Part shown: piece after piece, positions 17,527 to 26,100 of the stretch
How positions within the stretch are numbered: the stretch's first letter is position 1
Layout of the letters: each line of letters opens with the position of its first letter
Assembly (NCBI GenBank): GCA_003345595.1
Contig: PRDI01000061.1
Span: 1 to 29,110, forward strand
DNA from: Candidatus Thorarchaeota archaeon
GTDB lineage: Archaea > Asgardarchaeota > Thorarchaeia > Thorarchaeales > Thorarchaeaceae
Direction of reading: 5' to 3'
Length of the DNA: 29,110 nucleotides
Program-made: the position numbers and the translations under genes
The notes under the pieces: generated by a model
The model's database searches: none
The model's input: only the letters and a program-made list of their open reading frames with translations
Told to the model about the DNA's origin: nothing

Positions 17527-18189
17527 ATGAAACCTCAACTATCTCCCTCTGTTCTTTCGGCGAACTTCGCACGACTCCAAGAGGACATCAAGAACGCTGA
17601 GAAGGGTGGGGCAGACCGTTTCCACCTGGACGTCATGGATGGACACTTTGTCCCGAACATAAGCTTCGGTCCGATGATTGTTAGGACCATGAAGACTATC
17701 ACAAGACTGCCTCTCGACGTACACCTCATGATATCTGACCCGGACAAGTACATCCCAGAGTTTGTGAGCGCAGGGGCTGAGTTCGTGATTCCACACATTG
17801 AAGCGCCATACGATATCTATAGGTCAGTTCAACTGATTGTCGAACTCGGTGCCAAGGCGGGCGTTGCTCTGAACCCAGGTACTCCCATCGAGCGCGTTGA
17901 GCCTCTACTGGACAAGATTGACATGGTCATTATAATGAGTGTATGTCCCGGGTTTGGCGGTCAGAAGTTTCAGCCGCAGGCACTCAAGAGAGTGAAGGTT
18001 CTCCGGTCAATGCTCGACAGGCTAAAGCCCGCAGTGCACATCGCAGTCGATGGCGGCGTGAAGAGAGAGAACATCGCAGAGATCCATGCCTCGGGAGCCG
18101 ATATTCTGTTGGCGGGGTCAGCCGTGTTCGAAACCCAAGACGTCGAGAAAACAGTCAGGGAACTGAAACACCTTGTGGAGAAGCCCTAG
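17527..18189 (+). CDS. rpe: Ribulose-phosphate 3-epimerase
   Basis: SPSVLSANF, HLDVMDGHFVPN.SFG, DVHLM, LNPGTP, MSV.PGFGGQKF, VDGGV, AGSAVF. Confidence 0.97.
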   Translation: MKPQLSPSVLSANFARLQEDIKNAEKGGADRFHLDVMDGHFVPNISFGPMIVRTMKTITRLPLDVHLMISDPDKYIPEFVSAGAEFVIPHIEAPYDIYRSVQLIVELGAKAGVALNPGTPIERVEPLLDKIDMVIIMSVCPGFGGQKFQPQALKRVKVLRSMLDRLKPAVHIAVDGGVKRENIAEIHASGADILLAGSAVFETQDVEKTVRELKHLVEKP

Positions 18190-18330
18190 CGGCGTCAGGA
18201 TTGTTCGCGCTAGACGAGCTCCAACAGACCCCGGTCCCCTCCTTGCGGCTGAATGAAAACGGTCATAAACCGACGGACACAGCTCCAAGTGGCATACTCA
18301 GCTTACACTGAGGCTGGAGACGATAACGGA

Positions 18331-19002
18331 ATGAAGTTCTTCATAGACACAGCTAACGTACAGGCAATAAGGGAGGCACATGAACGCGGAATGGTCGACG
18401 GAGTCACGACCAATCCCAGTCTAGTCGCCAAGGAAGGTCGCAACTTCAGGGAGATTGTAAATGAGATTGCTGCGTTTGTGAAGGGCCCAATCAGTCTCGA
18501 GGCGGTCAGCTCGGACTACGAAGGCATCATGAAGGAGGCACGCGAACTCAACGGATGGATCGGGAATGCGGCCATCAAGATACCCATGACATGGGAAGGC
18601 TTGAAGGCAGTCAAGAAGTGCGCAGAGGAAGGTATCAAGACTAATGTCACCCTCTGTTTCAGCCCGAATCAGGCACTCTTAGCTGCAAAGGCAGGAGCGA
18701 CCTTCGTATCCCCTTTCATAGGTCGGCTCGACGATGTGGGGCAGGTAGGAATGGAAGTCATTCCTGATATTCTACAGATCTACTCAAACTACGGATACGA
18801 AACGGAGATCATCGTGGCAAGCATCAGACATCCGATTCATGTGTACGAGGCCGCTCTGGCAGGCGCGCACATCGCCACTATCCCGCCGAATGTCCTCGAC
18901 CAAATGGTGAAGCACCCACTCACAGACATCGGCATTGAGAGATTCTTGGCTGACTACAAGAAGATACCCACGGCTCAAGAGCCCAAGAAGCACGGAAAGT
19001 AG
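18331..19002 (+). CDS. tal: Transaldolase (short TalC/Fsa family)
   Basis: [20 protein letters not shown] (Schiff-base Lys), TNVTL.FS..QA, SPFIGR, ASIR. The diagnostic Glu (ISLEAV) and Phe (SPF) indicate transaldolase rather than FSA, which has Gln/Tyr. Confidence 0.95.
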   Translation: MKFFIDTANVQAIREAHERGMVDGVTTNPSLVAKEGRNFREIVNEIAAFVKGPISLEAVSSDYEGIMKEARELNGWIGNAAIKIPMTWEGLKAVKKCAEEGIKTNVTLCFSPNQALLAAKAGATFVSPFIGRLDDVGQVGMEVIPDILQIYSNYGYETEIIVASIRHPIHVYEAALAGAHIATIPPNVLDQMVKHPLTDIGIERFLADYKKIPTAQEPKKHGK

Positions 19003-19080
19003 ACCATTCGACCTTCGTGTATGTTACAGTAAGGATGATATGCCCACATGCCTGTGTAGAGTAAGAATGCGGTGTCGCAC

Positions 19081-20640
19081 ATGAAGCTGCAGGCCGACCT
19101 TGTCATCTTCAATGGCAATCTGATAACTATGGACCCGGAGAACCCCACAGCTACTGCGTTGGCTGTGAAGAACTTCAAGGTGCTAGTTGTTGGCGGTGAC
19201 GAACAAGTCGTTGACCTCGTCGGCTCGGCCAGACGTGTGATAGACCTCGGGGGAAAGACTGTCGTTCCCGGCTTCATAGATGCACACACCCACATCACGG
19301 CGGAAGGAATCAGAGCCTCCCATGTGGACCTGCAGCCCACACGGTCTGTTGAGGACGTGAAACAAACGCTCAGGAAAGTTCTACCGAGCTATACAACGGG
19401 CCAGTGGATCAGAGGATACGGCTACGACGAAAGCTTTTGGCCGGAGAAGCGGTATGTGACGGCCAGAGACCTCGATGATGTGAGCACAGAGAACCCGATA
19501 GCCATTGACAGGGTGGACGGTCACCTTACCTCTGTAAATACTCTCGCGTTGAAGAGACTTGGAGTACGTCTGGATCAGGCTGGGATGCTAAAGGACAGAA
19601 AGGGGAGACCAACCGGCGTTCTCAGAGACATTGAAGATCTCTACAAGAAGGTTCGTCCACCGGATGATGAGATTAGGCAGGGAATTCTTGCCGGGCAAGA
19701 GATAGCCAATCGTGCCGGTATCACTTCACTTGTGGACAACGCATCGATGGGCGTTTTCAGACTCATTCGGGAGGCTGAAACCCAAGAACTGCTCTCTGCA
19801 AGGCTGATAGTGAATCAGCCCGCCGAAACCCTGAAACACATGATGGAGATTGGGCTTACATCCAGCTTGGGCAGCCCAATGCTCAAGATCGGCGGCGTCA
19901 AGTCCTTTGTGGATGGTTCGATTGGTGCCAGGACAGCTGCTCTGTCCATGCCCTATGTCGACGACAAGAAGAACAAGGGGAATCTCTTCCTTTCTGAGAA
20001 GACGCTCACAGCATTCATCAAGAAGGCGGCAAGAAGCGGTATTCAGACAGTGACACATGCGATTGGAGATGCCGCGATAGAGACCCTGATCTCAGCTTTC
20101 GAGAATCTGAGTGATGATGAGAAAGCCACACTCCGGAGCCAAAGACACAGGATTGAACACGCAGAAATGATAAGTGAAAGTCAAATCAGAAGAGTAGTCA
20201 GCCTCGGGTTAATACTCTCAATGCAGCCCAACTTTGTGGGAGTCTGGCAACAGAGCGGCGGTCTTTACGAACAGAGACTTGGTGCAGAACGCGTGGCAGA
20301 AATGAACATGTTCAGGGTTGCTCTTGACAACGGAGCTCGTCTGTGCTTCGGCTCTGATGGGATGCCCTATGGCCCACTATACGGGATTTGGTCTGCTACT
20401 ACTCATCCAAACCCCAAAGTGAGGCTCACTGTAGAAGAGGCGATTCGCTGCTATACGATGGAGAGCGCTTACTCGGTCTTCATGGAGAAGAACATAGGCA
20501 ACCTCGTGGTCGGAAAACGGGCTGACTTCGTCGTGTTGTCAGAGGACATCATGAAGGTACCGGCACGGACGATCAGGGACATCAATGTCGAGATGACAGT
20601 AGTCGGAGGCCTGGTCGAATACAGCTCGGCGAACAGGTGA
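19081..20640 (+). CDS. YtcJ-like metal-dependent amidohydrolase (Amidohydro_3)
   Basis: IDLGGKTVVPGFIDAHTH (HxH), DGH..SVNT.AL, PTGVL, VKSFVDGSIGARTA, HAIGDAA, RIEHA, GSDG, G.L.VGKRADFVVL. GTG at 19072 is an alternative start. Confidence 0.93.
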   Translation: MKLQADLVIFNGNLITMDPENPTATALAVKNFKVLVVGGDEQVVDLVGSARRVIDLGGKTVVPGFIDAHTHITAEGIRASHVDLQPTRSVEDVKQTLRKVLPSYTTGQWIRGYGYDESFWPEKRYVTARDLDDVSTENPIAIDRVDGHLTSVNTLALKRLGVRLDQAGMLKDRKGRPTGVLRDIEDLYKKVRPPDDEIRQGILAGQEIANRAGITSLVDNASMGVFRLIREAETQELLSARLIVNQPAETLKHMMEIGLTSSLGSPMLKIGGVKSFVDGSIGARTAALSMPYVDDKKNKGNLFLSEKTLTAFIKKAARSGIQTVTHAIGDAAIETLISAFENLSDDEKATLRSQRHRIEHAEMISESQIRRVVSLGLILSMQPNFVGVWQQSGGLYEQRLGAERVAEMNMFRVALDNGARLCFGSDGMPYGPLYGIWSATTHPNPKVRLTVEEAIRCYTMESAYSVFMEKNIGNLVVGKRADFVVLSEDIMKVPARTIRDINVEMTVVGGLVEYSSANR

Positions 20641-20649
20641 GGTGTTGCG

Positions 20650-22434
20650 ATGGGCAGAATCAGGGTTCTGAGCCCTGACATGGTTTCGTTCATATCAGCA
20701 GGCGAAGTAATCGATGGTCCCTGGTCAATCGTGAAAGAACTAGTAGAGAACTCTCTCGATGCAGCAGCAACTCACATTGACATTGAAATCAGAGGGGGAG
20801 GCATAGACTCTGTTGTCGTTTCGGACAATGGACACGGAATAGCACATGACGACGTCCCAATGTGTGTGCGTGGGCACTCGACAAGCAAGGTCAGGAACAG
20901 GGAGGACCTTGACACGATAGCAACGTATGGCTTCCGAGGAGAGGCGCTCGCGAGCATAGCAGCAGTAGCTGACCTTCATATTCTGACACGCACGGCAGAT
21001 GAGGAGATGGGTTCGAAACTTGTGTCTCGCGTAGGCGAAGCCCCGAAGATCACGAACGCATCGAGGCCGAACGGAACGACGGTCGAGGTCACACATCTGT
21101 TCGCTCGTATTCCGGCTCGCAAGAAACAACTCGGGACTCCGAAGACGGAAGGGCAACGTGTTGTTGATGTCGTCATGCGTCACGCGATGCCAAGATTCGA
21201 TGTGGGATTCCGTCTTGTCAAGGACGGCGAGGTCATAATCGATTGCCCGCCCGAGCAAAGCCCGAGAGACAGGGCGGTTGCCGCATGGGGCGCAGAGGTG
21301 GCGCCCCACTTGGCGGAGGTCTACTTCACCAAAGACTCCATCACTATCAAAGGATTCTTGGCGCGGCCTCTGGTGACTAGAGGTACCAGAGCCCGGGAGT
21401 ATCTCTCAGTACACAAGAGACCTGTCGAGGACATGCGGCTGAGCACGGCTGTGGAGAGCGCATATTCCACGCTCCTCATGCGGGGGCGTTACCCGGTATG
21501 TGTCTTGGACATCTCACTGGACCCCCTGCGCGTCGACGTCAATGTGCATCCCACAAAGCGCGAAGTCAGAATAAAAGACGCTGAGGAGGTGGCATCGGCA
21601 GTCAGAGAGTCCGTAAGGAGGGTTCTCTTGGAACCGCAGCCGTCAACATTCGGGCAGGGTCCTGAGGACATCTTGGCAGGACCTTCGCTCGAGCCATTCT
21701 TGATGGAGGAAGAGAGTGAAAAGCCTAGCAGTCTGTCCAGCTCGGCGAATCGGCAGCCAACCACCGACGCATTCCGATTAGTCGAAGGAGTGTCCCTTGA
21801 AGGTGTCACAAGCGAAACCAGTGATGACATAATTCGTGTACCTACTCTAGGAGGGACATTCAGAATCGTGGGTCAGGTCCACAACCTCTACGTTGTCCTC
21901 GAACTACAGGAGGGACTCCTCATCATCGATCAGCATGCCGCCCACGAGAGGGTCATGTACGAACGTCTCCGACGCCAGATGAACAGTGGTGCGATGCCAG
22001 TACAGGAGCTGCTGGAGCCAATCGTGCTCAGACTGCAGCATACTGATGCTGAGAATGTCCTGGGTCTTTCTGATGTCCTAGAGAGAATGGGCTATTCGGT
22101 TTCCGGGTTCGGAGGCAATGAGATATTGGTCACTACTCTTCCTGATGTACTCGGGTATCAGGTGTCAGAGAAGGAAGTCACATCTATTGTTGACGAGATA
22201 CTTGCCATAGGAGTTGACCATGCATCTGAGCACTTCATGGACGAGATTGTCAAAATCACTGCTTGCCATTCAGCCATAAGGGCCGGCCAACCAATGAGCA
22301 AGGACGAGATTCGGAACCTCCTAGTGGCTATGGCCAGCACACCAAACAGATACAGCTGTCCTCACGGGCGTCCCACTATACTGAGAATCAGCGTGCAGGA
22401 ATTGGAGAAGAAATTCGGCAGGATTGGGCATTGA
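20650..22434 (+). CDS. mutL: DNA mismatch repair endonuclease MutL
   Basis: GHKL ATPase motifs AGEVI, VKELVENSLDA, DNGHGI, HSTSK, GFRGEALASI and DVNVHPTKREV. C-terminal endonuclease motifs DQHAAHERVMYE, ACH and CPHGRP. Confidence 0.98.
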   Translation: MGRIRVLSPDMVSFISAGEVIDGPWSIVKELVENSLDAAATHIDIEIRGGGIDSVVVSDNGHGIAHDDVPMCVRGHSTSKVRNREDLDTIATYGFRGEALASIAAVADLHILTRTADEEMGSKLVSRVGEAPKITNASRPNGTTVEVTHLFARIPARKKQLGTPKTEGQRVVDVVMRHAMPRFDVGFRLVKDGEVIIDCPPEQSPRDRAVAAWGAEVAPHLAEVYFTKDSITIKGFLARPLVTRGTRAREYLSVHKRPVEDMRLSTAVESAYSTLLMRGRYPVCVLDISLDPLRVDVNVHPTKREVRIKDAEEVASAVRESVRRVLLEPQPSTFGQGPEDILAGPSLEPFLMEEESEKPSSLSSSANRQPTTDAFRLVEGVSLEGVTSETSDDIIRVPTLGGTFRIVGQVHNLYVVLELQEGLLIIDQHAAHERVMYERLRRQMNSGAMPVQELLEPIVLRLQHTDAENVLGLSDVLERMGYSVSGFGGNEILVTTLPDVLGYQVSEKEVTSIVDEILAIGVDHASEHFMDEIVKITACHSAIRAGQPMSKDEIRNLLVAMASTPNRYSCPHGRPTILRISVQELEKKFGRIGH

Positions 22435-22615
22435 GCTTGCTTCAACTGGGCTTTCTGCAACCCTTCCCGTGAACAAAGGGATAAGGATGCTCCCTTTTGC
22501 CAGACAAAGTGCAAATCGGAAAAGCGAATAGTTTTACTAGGTTTGAATCATTATACAAGGCGAGGATTCGAGGTCATCGCACGTCCGCAGCTCTCACTAC
22601 CTCAGAGTTGAAACC

Positions 22616-23017
22616 ATGATGAGCACTACGTGGTTCATTGCCAAGGAGTACCTCAAGCGGCTCCAGATCAGCTTCGAGGAGAATGGTCGCAAGACGTTTA
22701 GCCTCTATCCGTACGGCCAGACAGAAACGAATGAAATTGAAGTTTTCCCTGGCATAAGTTGGATCACTTTGACAACTAGATTGATGGACCTCTCGAACGT
22801 CACTGATGCCAAGAAGAAGGACGTCTACGAGAAGCTTCTGAAATCCAACGCCAAGCTTGTTGAAATCACATTTGGAATTGACAAGAAGGACTGCCTCATC
22901 ATTAGGAACGCCATCCCGGTCGATGGGATATCTTACGACTCGTTCAATTGCACCTACGAGGCGCACCTTGCTGGAATCAAGTTCTTTCAAAAGACGCTCC
23001 TTCCAACCCTCCTTTGA
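22616..23017 (+). CDS. YbjN-like / type III secretion chaperone-fold protein
   Basis: 133 aa with the pattern helix, three strands (..WITLTT), helix YEKLLKSN, FGID...LIIR..IP...IS...F and a C-terminal helix, as in YbjN/CesT-like proteins. Recognised by pattern only. Confidence 0.65.
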   Translation: MMSTTWFIAKEYLKRLQISFEENGRKTFSLYPYGQTETNEIEVFPGISWITLTTRLMDLSNVTDAKKKDVYEKLLKSNAKLVEITFGIDKKDCLIIRNAIPVDGISYDSFNCTYEAHLAGIKFFQKTLLPTLL

Positions 23018-23102
23018 GCGCGTTCTGATAACATCTACATATCGCCGCCGTCAAGGTCCTGGGCGCCTGTACGCCTCTGAGCAGCTGCTGGTTGCTGACT
23101 CT

Positions 23103-23136
23103 GGAAAAGAAAAGGAAAGAGGGCGCGCGGCCCTCT
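23103..23136 (-). terminator. Intrinsic-type terminator of the giant surface protein gene
   Basis: The minus strand reads AGAGGGC-CGCGC-GCCCUCU (23118-23136) followed directly by UUCCUUUUCUUUUCC, starting 9 nt after the stop codon. Confidence 0.8.
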
Positions 23137-23145
23137 CGCCATCAA

Positions 23146-26100
23146 CTAGTGTCTACGACGCATCGCAGCTAGGACAATCAAGGCGACTACAACTGAGCCC
23201 GCGACCAGAACAAGCATCTCCGTAGGAATACCTGTACCAGTCTGTGTGATGGTCTGTGTGGTCGTGATTGCACCTTGGCCAACACGGTACAATAGGACGA
23301 TTGACGTCACGTCACCAACGTTAGTGTGGGCAACCACTCTATAGTAGACGTTCACACCCTCAGCATGAGGAGGTATCTGCCCCTGGTAGCTGCCAAAGAA
23401 GTATGACATGCTAGTCGTCGTCCATGTCATCTGGTCTGTTGAGTACTGGAGATCAACGCTGTTGACTGAAACTCCTTCTGCACCCAAGACCTGGACAGTC
23501 ACCGTCACAGAGTCTGTTGCTTGAGGCACCGTCGGGAACAAGGTGAAGCTGCTGAAAGCGACTCCACCAGGGCCAGACTGGACGCCCTGATTTGACACAT
23601 AGCCGACAAACACAGGATCTTGATAGACACTGCAGCCGTCCCAATGCGGAAAGCCGATGGTGACATAGTACAGACCTGTGCTGAACGCCCATCCGGTGGC
23701 AGACATGCTGCTTTCGGACTCGTAGGCTGCTCTGAACGTACCTGCGGGCGTTGTACAGCTCACGACATCGTACGGAGCCGTCGTGTTCTTGCTCCAGTCG
23801 TAAGTTGTGCCACCCATGATCATCTCGGCAAAGCGAGCGCCAGCAGTCTCCAGCTCAAACGTGTCAGCAGCGACGGTTGACTCACTGCCAGTGAACGATC
23901 CGTTGGCCTTGAAGGAAAAGTCAGCCATTCTCACGTCAGCAAGATAGCTCAGGGCCAAAGACCTGTTCTCCAAGTTCGCGCGTCCGCCAGTCATGTCAAC
24001 ATCCCAGTTGCCTACATAGTTGTCGACCTTGAGGACAGCATAGTTGTTCATCGATGTGACATTCAGGTGTCCCTGGAAGTGCACGAGGAATGAGAGTTCG
24101 TCAATAGTGACCTTCGTTGGCCTGTCATCAAATGATCTCAGATCGACTCCGGTCATCATCCTGTCATACCAGCCCCAGTATCCACTCAGTGTGTATGGAT
24201 ACGCGGTGCCATTGACATCGTAGAATGTCACACCCCACGTGATCTCATCTGTGAGCTCACGATCGATTGAACCACTCGCCTCAGTGTTGTTGTATGCCAT
24301 GCCAGGTGTCACGAACTCGACGCCGCCTGCTGCATCAGGTATCAGGTAGTGGCTCAGGTCACCCCCTTGAGGACTCATGGGGTCCACATCCATCAGAGAG
24401 TCTGAATCTGTGTCGTTCCATATCATGAGGCCGCTGAACTCATAGTGGACGCCCACATCGAGCCAGTGCTCAACATCGCCCTGGGTGTATGTAGTACCAT
24501 AGTCCTGTGAGATACCGAAGCTCAGCCATGTCCAAGACTGCTCGTTAGACGTGATCCAGTCCCAACCACTTGCCACAGCCTGAGCGACGATGTCTGCCCA
24601 AGTGACGTTTCTGGCCATCCATGCTATGTCCCAGTAGCCCGGTCTTGAGTCGTTCTCGGGTGTCAGCATGATGTCCTTTACCTGTTGCATCTCGATTGAG
24701 TCAAGCTGTTCCGAGTCAGCTGCATGGAACCAGTAGAAGGTCTGTGACCATGTATAGCTCCATGTGTAGGTGTTTAGACCCAGCCAGGAGTTGATATTCA
24801 TTTCGTCACCGTACATTGTGGCGTTCGGGTTCCATGTGAGGTAGACCTGCATGAAGTTCCACTCATGTGAATAGGCGTTCATAGAGTTGTAGAGTTGCAG
24901 AACGAAGTACTGGTCGTCGGTAGTTTCAAGGTCACCATCGAGGTCTAGTGCACCATCATCTGGGCTCATGACCCAGTTCTTGATGCCCCACATTCCCCAC
25001 TCTGGAATGCCCACAATGAAGCTCTGGAAGTTCCTATAGACAGCGCACTCTATGGGTGTTGGCCCATAGATTACCGGATACCCCCACGTGAAGCGTGTCT
25101 TGTGGATGCTCTCGAAGCCTGCAGTAGCAGTAACAGGCGTCCCGAAGTAGGTGAACTCGTAGATCGGATGAGCCACACCCTCAGTTTTCACAAATAGCTC
25201 ACCGGGGTATGTAGAGTTCAGAATCCTGAACCCACTCACGGTATACCCCGAAATGCCTTGGTGTGTGTACCGGGAGCCCATGAAATCAAACAAGTAGTAG
25301 CTGCCGTTGTCAAACATGTATACGAGGTATATCGCTGAATATGATAGAGACTCCCAAGTTGGCACACGAATCTGAGTGCCATTAAGCGCTGTGTAGTAGT
25401 AGTGTGTGTAGTTGCCTTCGCTGTAGCAGTCTGGGTACATTCTCGTCGAGTAGAAGGTACTACCATTCACCTGATATTCGAACACCTGCGTGGCCATGCT
25501 ACGATTAGCCAACCAATTGGTCCCGTTTAAGAGATGGTACACATACCGATAGTTGCCATCTACGTCCTCGCAGCTTGGCCAACCGTCAGGATAGGGTGCC
25601 GTGTAGTTGATCGTGCCAACCTTGGCGAACTGCAGATTGACGTCCATTGTTCCGACCTCAATTGCATAGCCGATGACTACTGGGCTCCACACATGCGTGT
25701 CCTGTGCCATCGAGTGTTCTAGGTACAGTTTGTTCAGGCGGTATGAAACACCCTCTATGTTGGCATAGGCCTCTGTTTGGGTTTCGCCATAAACAGGGTA
25801 GGTGTTTTCACTGTACTCGACGGACTTTATCGTTGGCACTTTGCCGCCACTAGACGCAGTGTTGGAGAGATCGCATGTGCTTTGAGCACCAGCATCAGGA
25901 TACGGCATCTCGTAGTTGGTTCCATCAATCGCGGAGTAGTAGGAGTAGTAGATGTTCTGGTACACGAGCATGACCTCGGAGATACCGTAGGTTCCCGCAT
26001 AGTAGTTGCACGGATAGGTGATGTCGTACATCACTCCATCTATCATCGCTGTATACACGCATCGGACTTCGTCCCAGTACATTCGATAGTAGTTGCCCTC

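Noticed and set aside
18283-18319. Hairpin (CTCCA/TGGAG, CTCAG/CTGAG) over the tal SD
   Set aside because: Short interrupted stems. The outer arm probably lies upstream of the transcription start implied by the TATA-like element at 18255-18271.
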